This document shows, piece after piece, positions 1 through 11,936 of a stretch of 64,000 bases of DNA (positions are counted from its first letter, which is position 1; each line of letters begins with the position of its first letter). The DNA lies in the NCBI GenBank assembly GCA_964252035.1, contig OZ176200.1; one strand, 5' to 3'. Both the position numbers and the translations under genes were made by a program. The notes under the pieces were generated by a model. That model was not told the origin of the DNA. It ran no database searches and saw only the letters and a list, made by a program, of their open reading frames with translations. This DNA is from Podarcis erhardii (lineage: Eukaryota).

Positions 1-2173
1 GAGTGATCTGAACTCATCCACCAGCCTGCTCAGTTGGCTGCATGGAATTCCATGCATTTGCCTATGACTAGCAGGCTACTTTCTTAAATACAAGGCTGAT
101 AATAGTAAATGCTCAGCCTGCTAAATACGCTTACTTAAGCTTTGGAACTTCTCCTATACTGACAGCGTGTCACTTAGGAAATGTGCACTTCATTGTCAGA
201 AGCTGCAAACCAGCTTTAGATCATACTGCAGGATTATTTTTGAGGTACTGTTAAATATCAAAGCAGTCAAGTTTTCAATCCCGGGGGAGGGGGAGGGGGA
301 GAGGACCTGAAGAAAGATGAAAACTGTTATTAGGATCGTCGTTCCTAACTTTCAAAACTTTATTGCATTTTGAGATGGCCTACTTTAAGTGTGAAACAAG
401 ATGGTGAGTTAGGAATTTTAATAACTTTACAACAATATAGTGCGCAGTACGCTTTGAGATAGGAAGTCTTCCTCTTTAGTAGATAAAGTTATGTAACTAG
501 AGCAGTTTTGTTTACCGTCCCTTTGAATTTCTAAATATCTGCTGCTGACACGAACAGCAAAACTTCATGTTCATATAGAAAGTGTTTTCTGATGGGCGCT
601 CTTTGTTTTTATATTATGCTTTTATACGCTAGGGCCCCAATCTTATGCACTCTTACTTCGGAATAAGCTCTATGAAATTCAGGGGGACTTAACTCAGAAT
701 ATACGTTCACAGGATGAGACTGTAAATTGCAAGATTAATCCTTTTACAGGGGAGTGAAGTATGTGTTTATGTCATCCACTGAACCAAATTCTTGTGTGCG
801 CCTCTCTTCCCCGTTTTCAGAATGCATTTCGGAACTTAAGTGCTCCTTGCTATAGTAAATGTGATTACCCTTCCGCTGCCTTCCTGAAAGAATAGATTTT
901 TCAGGCAACAATACTTAAAGTACTAGCTAGAGGGAGGCATTACTCCCAGTTACAACTGTAGCAAGAATAAGGAAACACTGAAGTAAGCCATTCTCCCTCC
1001 CTCCCCCACTCTGTGATTTCTAACACAGAACAAAAACACAGTAGGAGTTTTTTTGGGGGGGGGCAGGGATAGTGACAGTTCCATACTGCAAAACACCTCA
1101 ACGCAATAAAGGAATTTAATCCCCTATCTTGTTTCTTGCTTTTCTGGCTGTATATGTGACTGTATATGGTACAAGCTGGACTGGACAAGCAATAGTTCAT
1201 GTAGCAACAACTTTGAGATTGATACTGGTGCATAATGGCCACCCTGGCAGGTTGGAAAGCTGTTTGTAAGGGAGGTTGATTATAGGAAGCCTTTGATCCC
1301 ACATCTAAATATATCTTGAGGAACAAACCAGAGCTTTCTATTCTAGTCTCCACCTACTGTTTTTGTGTTTAATATTAGAAAAATGTTCAGAATTGAAGTA
1401 GATCCATAGGATTCATTCCAGGATAATACAACCTATTCTGAATGCCAGTATGCAAAATTTATTTTTACTTTATTTGGGAGGAAGTAAAGTATTGTGATAC
1501 AGGACTTTTACCTACAATGCCGCTTCCTTTGCAGGCAATCACATACAGATAATTAATAAAAGTTAATTTTTTTAGAAAGCATATCAGTTGATTTACTTTC
1601 ATTTGTGAATCCTAGAAAACAAGATTTTCCCTGCCATAAGATGTACAAGAGCTCAAAAACTGCTGTCAAGTGTAAGCAGCACTTGCAATCCTCCCCGCAT
1701 CATAAAGCAGGTGGCAAGGAACTTTTTTGGTTCTGGGGGTCAGGTCTTTATCTGGCTTCAGTCTGCAGGCCATCTTTGACAGGTGGGTAGGGCAGTTTAC
1801 CTGTCAATCACATAATGTCACTATGATGCCACATAAAGCAGACATTGGCTCTGGCTAGGACTGTTCCATTGAGCAGCAATGAAGTAAAAGGGGTCTGCTT
1901 GCTGTATGTGAAGTGAAAGAAAGCAAACTCAGTTTTTTATCTGATGCTGATCCTTTTCAGAGGCTGAAGAAATCAGTGCAGGACAAGCTTTCCAAGAAGA
2001 TCCCGCCCATCAGCTGATGAAATCATTGGCATCATCAGATAGGCGGGGTGTGTGGTTTAGAGCAGATATCTATAGACCTTTCAGATCCTGGATCCACTTT
2101 TGACCTAAACATGCATTTGGGGACCCATTTCTTAATCTTTTACCATGTATTTGCATGGCAGTGGTGTTCTTTT

Positions 2174-2376
2174 TAAATAGGTACAGCTCCGGCGGGAAGG
2201 TAAACGGCGTTTCTGTGCGCTGCTCTGGTTTGCCAGAAGCGGCTTAGTCATGCTGCCCACATGACCCGGAAGCTGTACGCCGGCTACCTCAGCCAATAAA
2301 GCGAGATGAGTGCCGCAACCACAGAGTCGGTCATGACTGAACCTAATGGTCAGGGGTCCCTTTACCTTTACCCTTT
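2174..2376 (+). mobile_element. Sauria SINE, 5'-truncated
   Basis: taaataggtac...cgggaaggtaaacggcgtttc...gtcaggggtccctttacctttacc matches the 3' half of the full copy at 13127. Confidence 0.92.
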
Positions 2377-3322
2377 AGTGTTCTTTTTATTACCCACCTT
2401 GCGTTAGACTGCGACCCGCTAGTGTGGATCTTTCCAAACTTTTCATGTCGGTGACACACTTCTTAGACATTATTCATTTCACGACACAGTAATTTAGTTT
2501 TACTAGCAAACTGGAGGTTAAACTAACCTCTTTCCAGTCCCTGGAGGAGCATGGGGAGCGTTTGCACCACACACCTACATACTGCAGCCAACACACTAAC
2601 GTGTCATGACACACAGTTTAGAAAGCTCTGCACTACGTGGGTCCCAATGCAGCAGTTTAGGGGAAATGGTCTCACAGTCCAAATGGGATCCCCTGGTGGG
2701 GCCAAATTGGCCCCTGGGTTGGAAGTCCCCCACTTCTGCCATAAATCAAACTCAGTTCTTAGTGGTTAGCTTTTCAGGCTTTTACTAAATTGCTTAATAA
2801 AAGTTGCATCCTCAATAAAACCTTGTATAGAGAGTGCGCTTCTGATTTTCAAAATGCCTGGTAGTGCTAATTTGTGTTTTGTTCTCACAGTCATGCTATA
2901 ATTTCCTTCTTTTGGATATGGAAAATTCAGACTGAGAGGTAATGATTTGACCAAAGTCTGACAGAGGTGAGAGTTTGATACCCATCTCTCTGACCAGTGT
3001 TAGAAACTCAGATATATAAGCTAATCACCAAATAAGCTAAGCACCTTAAACCTAGGTTGTGGTTGCCACAATGGAATGTTTAGGCACCTTTTTTTGCAAT
3101 GTGATTTGTTGTTGTTATTCATTTCATTTCTATGTTGCTTTATATTTTAAAGAAAAAATATCAAAGCAGTTTGCAATACTTTAAAACGTCAAATAAAACA
3201 ACCCAGAATAATAGAAATTTAAGCTTCAAGGAAAATATTTCAGATCTTTCTCTCTGACATTTTGCTTCCCTCATATTTTATTTACCTACTTAATTTATAT
3301 AGCTGCCCCATAAGTACTCTTG

Positions 3323-3478
3323 GAAGCCAGTGTGATGTACTGGTTAGAGTGTTGGACTAGTGCCTGGGAGATCAGGGTTCAAATCCCCTCTTAACCTACT
3401 TCACAGGGTCGTTGTAGGGATTTACTGAGGACGGGGTGAACCACATACTCCTTGGAGAAGAAGGTGGGATATAAATCA
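3323..3478 (+). mobile_element. Degraded MIR/Ther1-like SINE with an internal deletion
   Basis: gccagtgtgatgtactggttagagtgttggactag...cagggttcaaatccc...acagggtcgttgtaggga. Confidence 0.6.
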
Positions 3479-4098
3479 ACAAATGAGCTCTTCGGCTTAC
3501 CTGCTTAAGAAAGCTGCAGGAGTTGGCCAGATGGAGATGTCAGTTGCCAACCTGGCATCCAGAGATCTCCATGTGGTCACAATTGGACCTGCACCAGTCA
3601 CAAAACAAACCGGGCACCTGGGGTTTTTTGAATGCTGCCTCTGACTGAACTTCAGCTCTCCTGGAGTGTACTGATTCACTTAAGCCACTGTCTCTTCTGA
3701 GTTTGTACTTTTGTAAAGCATCCCTCAACCCAAATGCAGTTTAGTGCTTTTTCAGAACACTTGCCCTAGACAAGAAATAAGTTAATTACTTTTTAGTTGC
3801 CTCAAAAGGCCTGTTCTCTCTCCCCTCTCCCAGGAAATATGCTTTAAAGGAAACTTCTTGATCCTAGTATTTAAGAGATATATTACATTGGTAAAAGGGG
3901 GTGCAGTTTTTAAGTAATACACATCAACTTTTTAGGAAGGAAGAAGGAAGAATTGACTAGTGTGAAAGCTTGAACACTAAGGGCCAAACTAGATGTGATG
4001 TAGTTGCATGAATTGCAACATGTGCCTTTTTCATGATGTGAATAGGAGAAACCCGAGCAGCCATTGGTGGCTTTTCTTGAAAAGCAAACAGCATCTTT

Positions 4099-4203
4099 CA
4101 TAGAATCATAGAATCATAGAATCAAAGAGTTGGAAGAGACCACAAGGGCCATCGAGTCCAACCCCCTGCCAAGCAGGAAACACCATCAGAGCACTCCTGA
4201 CAT
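4099..4203 (-). mobile_element. CR1 LINE 3' end (young)
   Basis: (ATTCTATG)n-type CR1 tail on the minus strand. CATCTTT flanks both ends (4092-98, 4201-07). Confidence 0.88.
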
Positions 4204-4954
4204 CTTTAGAGATGCATGTTTATAGTCAGGAACAAGCAGGGGAGAAAGAGTTAAAACTCCCCTTCCCACTCCCCATAGTGCTGCTATTTACACAACAAAA
4301 AAATGCTGATGTCTTAAAAGAAACATACCACTGCACCACTTCTGTTTGTCCTTAGAGCTGACTCACATATAAGAGGCAATGAATATAGTCAGGTAAGGTG
4401 GGTCCACTGGGGCATAGCCTTCCCAGGGAAAATATAAAGCTTTTTTTTAAAAAAAAAAAATCCTCAAAATTTCAAAGTCACACACTCTTTCCTGTCCCAA
4501 ACACATTTTTTGCTCCCTTTTATTATACGGAGGCATTTCTGTCAATCAACTCTCCAGCACAGGAGTCAGAATTGCGTCAGAAACAGCCTAGTGTGGTGGT
4601 GGCATTGGCCTAACAGAATCATAAATTGGTTCTAAGTATGCTCAGAGCTGTTTTCTTGAAGGCCCAAGAATTAGCAGGGGGTGCTTCTTACTCTGAGGGC
4701 CTTTCTTTTCATTTAGTCCAGTATTTGTTTTGTGACCTTGCTAGAAGAACAAGCAAGCAACAGTGGGTCTCTTTCTGTTATAAATATCCACTTTTTTACT
4801 TAATTATCTTGCTTTTTTAAAAATTGGGGAATTGGAAGTAGAAATGGTGGGATGGCTTGTGTATGTGTTTGCAACGAACTCTGTATTAAGCATTTCCCCA
4901 AATTCACTTATTAAAAGCTGCAGCAGCTGTTGCGGGTGGGACAGGACAGGTAAG

Positions 4955-5018
4955 GTTGTTGGAAGCCACCCAGAGTGACTGGGGAGGCCTGACCAGATGG
5001 GTGGGGTCTAAGTAATAA

Positions 5019-5062
<44 letters not shown>
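4955..5062 (+). mobile_element. L2-type 3' tail with (ATT)n
   Basis: ggaagccacccagagtgactgggg...ccagatgggtggggt..aataaatt(att)n; homologous to the end of the 10326 element. Confidence 0.75.
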
Positions 5063-5162
5063 GATTAAGGTAGATCTGGGCCATGTCCAGTTCCAGAGTA
5101 TTTCCCAGAGTATTTCCAGAAAAAGTGTGTGGGAACCCCTAGCAAGGAATATATATTGAATG

Positions 5163-5383
5163 TTACAGATAGGTAGCCGTGTTGGTCTGCCATGGTCAAA
5201 ACAAAATAAAAAAATTCCTTCCAGTAGCACCTTAAGGACCAACTGAGTTAGTTCTAGGTATGAGCTTTCGTGTGCATGCACACTTCTTCAGAAGATTCTG
5301 AAGAAGTGTGCATGCACACGAAAGCTCATACCTAGAACTAACTCAGTTGGTCCTTAAGGTGCTACTGGAAGGAATTTTTTTAT
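5163..5383 (-). mobile_element. Short Penelope-like (PLE) insertion, copy A, forming a perfect 89-bp palindrome (5205-5293 / 5296-5384)
   Basis: 13-bp TSD TATATATTGAATG at 5150-5162 and 5384-5396. Arms contain ctgaagaagtgtgcatgcacacgaaagctcatacc...ttaaggtgctactgg, resembling recalled reptile PLE pseudo-LTR sequence. Strand follows the hammerhead-sense of the longer arm. Confidence 0.8.
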
Positions 5384-6078
5384 TATATATTGAATGCAAA
5401 GGAATGGAGGTAAACCCTGCCACTATTATTTCTGCCTTGCTCTTTTGTGAGTTTGTCAGTGAATTTCTAAAAGAAAACTTTTGGGCTCTGATACTGTCTG
5501 GATATGACTCCACATCCTTCCCTACACCTGGAAGATACTCTCCTAAATCTCTGACATAATAGAGGTTGAGTATAATAAGTCTGGTGTGATGAACTCTGCA
5601 CATGAGCAGGACTGAGCCATGCATGCAGATATGTTCTGATGTGCTCTGGCTCAAATGAAACATGAATTCAAAACCTTGTGTCATGTGGTATGGCTTAATT
5701 TCTAAACAAGAGTTATGGAGTAAGTCTTGCCTGAAAGTCATACTTGGGCCGCCTTACACGGAATCTCATTCCCTTTCCTTAGATGTGCAGAGAATAATGG
5801 ATGTGTATGTTTGTTTTTAGAGAGGAGGAGGCAGTGGCACTCTGCACATGTGTAATTGCAAGTCAGAATGTTACCATTACCACTGGGTAGAGTCCCCCTC
5901 TGTTCTGGAATTCTTACAAGGGAGTGGTATTAGCCACTGACGTTCAAGACACCGGTGGCAAGGTTTCTCCCTTGAATTCTGCTTGGCATTTTTACTGCTT
6001 GTATTGGCCACATCTGAGAAAAAAACAGCACCCTTGCTGTGTATATCTACCTGCCTTGTTCTTTTTCTGTTTGTGCTG

Positions 6079-6300
6079 CACCACACTCCTTGGCAGCAAA
6101 TTCCACAGTAAGAGCTGTTCGACAGTGGAATTTGCTGCCAAGGAGTGTGGTGGAGTCTCCTTCTTTGGAGGTCTTTAAGCAGAGGCTTGACAACCGTATG
6201 TCAGGAGTGCTCTGATGGTGTTTCCTGCTTGGCAGGGGGTTGGACTCGATGGCCCTTGTGGTCTCTTCCAATTCTATGATTCTATGATTCTATGATTCTA
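6079..6300 (+). mobile_element. CR1 LINE 3' end with a 28-bp inverted duplication at its 5' junction
   Basis: gtggaatttgctgccaaggagtgtggtggagtctccttctttggaggtctttaagcagaggcttgac...ccaattctatgattctatgattctatgattcta; left arm 6079-6106 is the reverse complement of 6125-6152. Confidence 0.88.
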
Positions 6301-9300
6301 CATACTCTAATTATTTTTAAAGATATGTACACAACAAAAATGCATACTGTACACTCATCTCACCTCTTTAATAATAATTCAGAGCAGCATATATAGGTTT
6401 CCCAGGTGCTCTGTCATCTTTGTGCACTAAACAGACCTGCTTAGCTTCAGAAAGGTTGCTGCACTACGTGCCTTTAGACCACTGCCTTGGCCCTTGTAGG
6501 GAAGAACAGTAGCTGCCAGATGCAGCAACATTTTTTGCCATGGGTGATCATGTTCAGATAATTATGAGATACAGACCCACATTCACATGACTAGCACAGC
6601 AGGAACAAGCATTACTCTTTCAGTATGCTTTCAGCTGTAGTTGTTGCTGTCTTTGCGCTTTAAATCAGCAAAAGACAACTTGTATGCTGTGTTTTCTGTT
6701 TGGTCTAATGGTGTTTGTCTGTTTTGTCAGTGGAGACTATGACTGGGGAGAAAATAATACAGTTTTTGCCTGGGTTAAGTTTTGTCTGTCTGAAAATTAA
6801 TTGTAAATATTTGCTTGTTACTTGTACCTGCAGTGATGCAATAAATGTTGATACTAAAAGCCTCCCAAAATTTCCACGAATGTAAATAGAAACATTGCAT
6901 TGGATCCAAAGGGTGCCTTTGCAAATGCCATGTGTGCAACATAATTTCCCCTCTCCCTCTGAATGCATTGCCTGTCACAAGCACCTTCTGTGAGAGGGGA
7001 GAATTACCCAGATTTGGGTGGAAGTATATGGGCTGTTTGAACACTGGCAGGGTAGATTCATTGAGACTCCATTATAGTATTTCTTCTTGATTAAAAATGT
7101 TCTATGCAAGAAAATTCATAGTTTTAGATTTGCAGTGATCTCATTTTCTAATACCCATCTTTTGAGGTTTGCTTATCCGGGCAAGATGTTTTAGACCATC
7201 ACTATTAATCATGATGGTATTTAGTGACTCTAATCAGGTATTGCGAAATTCATTAACAGGTCATTTTTCCTGAAGAAGAAAGGGGAAAAGCAAATGAAGA
7301 AACAGGGCTACTCCCTCACTGGAAGCATTTGGGAATTTCTGGTCTCAAAAGCAGAATCATAATAAAGAAAATTCTGACCTTGAAGAAAAGGAAGAGCAGC
7401 AAATAACAAGCTATTGCAATGGAAAGGCTGAGAGAGACCATGGCAGTTATTGGAACTGAGTGGGCTACTTTCTTGCTTTTTTTCTTTGAAAGCACGAAGC
7501 CTGTGGAAAAGCCATGTGTTCCAATGCTTTCTGACATTCTGCCCCCTAAGAGAACTTTTCTGATGGAAAGCACTTCAAACAGTGTTGCTTGTATTTAACA
7601 TTGTTGGAATTACATACTGTTGCCCTGGTTTCCATCAACCAGGTAGGGCTGGTGGGGCCCATAACTACAGTTAGCTTTAGGAAGAGTCATAAGGTCTCTA
7701 AAGCTTTCACTTTACTGGTCAAAGATCAAGGTTAGAATAGTATTTAGTTAGGAGTCCTCCCTTCTGTAGGAAATATGGGTCAGGTAGACTGCATGAGGGA
7801 ACATAAAGTTGACTGCTCATAGCTGATGACAGAATAACCAGGATCTGACTGAGGCACTTGATTGAAGTAACATAGGCTTGTGTAAATCTATCCAAATAAC
7901 AGTATATTATAGCAATTAGGGGTTTTTGCTGTCGTCTTTTAGAGAGGGGAGGCTATTCTAATATTTATATTTCTAAGTTCTCATGTGTGAGTCTCTGAAG
8001 TGTTCCATGCCAGTAAGTTGACTGCATGTTGCTTGACAACGTAGATACTGTTGAATATTCCATGATTCCAAGAATGCCAGTGTGTCTCAATGGCAACTTA
8101 CTTTTTACATTTCATTATGGTATTTATAAGCAAGTGAGGGCTGCTTACACCCTACTCTGTAGTGGTCAGGCAAATTTAGCACCAGAGAAAACTTCTCTTA
8201 TTGGCTGCCATCTATAGTTACAGGCATGCTCAAATAGGAACAGTCACCTGTTACATGCCTCACTATTTAGGAGCACCTGTGATTCCACCATGCTTGCAGT
8301 GGGAAGCAGGAAGTGCCCTCTTAATTTATGCATTTCATGGAGAAAGTGGATAGAGATTTTATTTTATTTTTAATCTATTTCATAACGCTAGATAAATGGT
8401 ATGGATTCTGCCTTACTAGAGTGGAACTCTGCTAACAGAGTATGCTTCTGTTGGCAGAGGAGAGGTGGCGGTTTCACCAATTGCCCCTTCCCCCTGCAAT
8501 TTTATAAAATCTGCTCTGGAGGGTTGGCATGGGGTGGCGGCACTGTGGGTTGCATGGGGAAAGGCCTCCATTTCCATTTCCTTAAATGGGAGCCTCTGCT
8601 GGATCTGCTTTGTGGAACAAAATGTCTGGCTTTTATTCTGTTTTAAATATTTATTGTGTATGTAGTTAGCTACCTCAAGAGTCTTTGAGAAATGGGATAG
8701 AAATATTTGAATAAATGATTCAATCTGAGGTTTTAGAATTGGGCAGGTTGTTACATCTTTACTTGTTTTAGAAACCTCCTTATTGTTTCCAATCTAAACT
8801 TATTTAATATATTTATTCTTCCACCGTGGTCACTTTCAACTTAAATAAACCTTCCCTCCAGTATACTATTGTCTCTTCTGCTGTGTTTGTATAGTAATTT
8901 TCCTTTATTTTTTGCTGTGGTTTTAATAAAGTTAAACAGACCTGACTTTTTCAACCACTACACCTAAGATGAGTTTTCAATTTCTGTGCTTCTTTTAATT
9001 GCCTTTCTTCACTTGTGTTTGACTACTGTATTTTGAGAGGAATGAATTCTAAGTTGGATGGATCTTTCCCAATGAAGTCTTGTCAGTACATTCTGTGTAC
9101 TGTTAGTGCACAAGAAATGCAATATGAATACTACTTGTGACTATAGATTTGCTTATTCAAGAGCATGTTAATTTGTTGGTTTAGGACTTGCTCAATGTAA
9201 CGCTTTCTAAATACTGTAATATATTTGTGTTGAGGCTGTCTACTATACACTTGATTAGGAAAATAAATTGAGGAAGGATTAATAATAATGTCTGCAACAG

Positions 9301-9722
9301 TGGTTCTTCATATGCTACAGAATATAACTGACAGTTTCCACAGTTAGGAATGCTGAGCTTGGAGGGAATGGTTGTTCCAGCTGTGAAACCGCTTAGTTTA
9401 ATTATGAGCTGGAAGCTCCACCCCTTTCTGCCTCTGACAGACCCTGATCTAGGCAAATGAGCACACATGCCCCTCCCGCTTCCTAAGTGCAGCTAGATCC
9501 TGCCAGTTCTTGTTATTAGGCGGTTGGCATGGTACCCAAATGACTGATGTTGAGCCCTCTGGTTCTAGGACAGAGATGTTTGGATCTAGTGCCACTGGCA
9601 GTGCAGAGATATATACTAGTGGCATACAATTATGCACAAAAATAACTTAGTGACTTAAAAAAACAACAACTTGCAAAGTTCCCCACAAAGTTTGTTGACA
9701 CAAATAAAGTTAAACAGCTTTA

Positions 9723-10003
9723 CAGTGGTGCCTCGCAAGACGAAATTAATCCGTTCCGCGAGTCTCTTCGTCTTGCGGTTTTTTCGTCTTGCGAAGCACG
9801 GCTATTAGCAGCTTAGTGGCTATTAGCGGCTTAGCGGCTATTAACAGCTTAGCGGCTTTAAGAAAAAGGAAACAAACTCGCAAGAACTCGCAAGAGCAAG
9901 CCCATAGGGAAATTCGTCTTGCGGAATGACTCAAAAAACGGAAAACTCTTTCGTCTTGCGTGTTTTTCGTCTTGCGAGGCATTCTTCTTGCGAGGTACCA
10001 CTG
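9723..10003 (+). mobile_element. Tc1/mariner (Tigger/pogo-like) MITE, 281 bp
   Basis: TA TSD (9721-22, 10004-05), CAGTGGT(G/A)CCTCGCAAGA termini in inverted orientation, many internal CGCAAGACG motifs, CpG-rich. Confidence 0.9.
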
Positions 10004-10325
10004 TACCTTCTCTAAACTGTCAGTGAATACCCATGATTGTTTAATCTAAATATAAACATTGAGGGGGAAAGAATACATCACTACATAAATTTACAATATA
10101 ATGATGAAACGGGAAAGTTTTCAAGATTGCAGCCTCTATTTGTCTCAAGCTTCCCCCCTCCCCTTTTTAGGGGGGGGGGGAATCCATTATTTTTCAACAA
10201 AATTGTCCTTTATCCTCTATATGAAAGTGGCAAGTAACCAAACTTATTTCAGGTTTGAATAATATTGTTGAGAATTGGATTTGATCTTATGAAATTGGGA
10301 CTTGCCAATTGGGGTGGATGGAAAG

Positions 10326-10815
10326 AATAATAATAATTTAATAATAATTGTTATTTCTACCCCGTCATCTGGCTGCGTTTCCCCAGCCACTCTGGGCAGC
10401 TTGCAAAAGAACATTAAAAACAGAATAAAACTTCAAACATTAAAAACTTCCCTAAACAGGGCTGCCTTCAGATGTCTTCTAAAAGTCAAATAGTAGTTTA
10501 TTTCCTTGACATCTGATAGGAGGGCGTTCCACAGGGCAGGCGCCACTACCGAGAAGGCCCTCTGCCTGGTTCCCTGTAACCTCACTTCTCGCAGGGAGGG
10601 AACCGCCAGAAGGCCCTCGGAGCTGGACCTCAGTGTCCGGGCTGAACAATGGGGGTGGAGACGCTCCTTCAGTTATACTGGGCTGAGGCTGTTTAGGGCT
10701 TTAAAGGTTAGCCCCAACACTTTGAATTGTGCTCAGAAACGTACTGGGAGCCAACTTTCAAGGCCGGTGTTATATGGTCTCGGCGGCCACTCCCAGTCAT
10801 CAGTCTAGCTGCCGC
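10326..10815 (-). mobile_element. L2-clade LINE 3' fragment (ORF2 C-terminus, 3' UTR and (TTA)n tail)
   Basis: The minus strand encodes degenerate AARLMTG...DHITPALK / WLPVRF.AQFKVL..TFKALN...RTLRSS...RAFSVVAPALWNAL, typical of the L2 ORF2 end. The tail matches the short copies at 4955 and 21140. Confidence 0.85.
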
Positions 10816-11815
10816 TAGAATGTATATAAGAACTGTCTGAAAGGAGGAGAAATTCCATCCTTATGTGCCATCACATTCTATGCAACCTGCAGTTGATCTC
10901 TGGGACCTATTTTCAAAAGCCCACAAGCAAAGGCATGTGGGATAGGTAGAAGGTTGAGGACAAAGGGAGGAATTAAAGTTTTGCTCCTCCTCCTGCCATG
11001 AGCCAAGATACATATGTATGCTGAATTCACACAGAGCCACACATTCATAGATGAATACTCTCAAGTATGTGCTCATATCAACAGATCACACCTGCACATC
11101 ACTGTATGCATGGACACATAATCCTGTTTACCTGTTAATCTCCCTGACCAATGTCAGGTGGCCATGGGCAGATTCCTATTAAGCTGGTGGAAGTTGTGAG
11201 GTGGGGGTGCGTGAAGAAACAAGGATCACTTTGCTTGGGGAAGTTGTTTTCTCCTGTTGTTTCTTGGCAGAGTGTGTGTGCCTGCCCACTTTGGACCCTA
11301 CTCCTGTGGACCTCTGGCATATGGCCACTCAGTATATTATCTCTGAGGAAATTCAGCCTTTAACAGAAAAAAAGATTTCCTACCCTGGCTTAAGGGAACT
11401 GGCCCTGCCCTATCCTTGGGTTACATCAGTTTTGGGAAATAGGGGCAATAGAGGTGTTGCTTTGACACCCTCATGTTCTATTTATCTTTGATAGAAACCC
11501 TTTCCTGCACTGGGTGACTTAATCTCCATGATTGTCTGGATGCAGACAGACCAAGATGCTATGTTGTCAAGATCATTTGGGAAATCATTATCTCCATTTC
11601 CCCTTTAGAGTGCTACTTTCTGAAATTCACTGTGCTGGGCCAGAATATTACATTTTGAAGGCTTTTCTTCAGCATCTGTAAACATAATTAGTGCAGTTCA
11701 GTTGACCTAAAGTATCTACATCTATTTTTTTGTATCTACAAAAAGAGCTCTATATTTTTTCTTGCGACATTAGGATTTTTAAAATAAGATAATAGTTCCT
11801 AAATAGGTTTTGTAC

Positions 11816-11936
11816 CTCGAAGCTACAAACATGAGTCCGACCAAACTGCGGGAGGCAGTGGAAGACAGGAGTGCCTGGCGTGCTCTGGTCCATGGGGTCA
11901 CGAAGAGTCGGACACGACTAAACGACTAAACAACAA
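11816..11936 (+). mobile_element. Bov-B (RTE-clade LINE) 3' end, heavily 5'-truncated
   Basis: ...ctgcgggaggcagtggaagacaggagtgcctggcgtgctctggtccatggggtcacgaagagtcggacacgactaaacgactaaacaacaa, with 11-bp TSD AGGTTTTGTAC at 11805-15 and 11937-47. Confidence 0.9.

Noticed and set aside
940-1353. 137-aa minus-strand ORF (also 35882..36301 +, 38556..38915 -, 61360..61707 -)
   Set aside because: No recognisable domain, splice structure or codon pattern; the lengths expected by chance in 64 kb.
4904-5559. Two ORFs on opposite strands starting with the same peptide MHAHESSYLELTQLVLKVLLEGIFL
   Set aside because: An artefact of the perfect DNA palindrome of PLE copy A; no coding signal.
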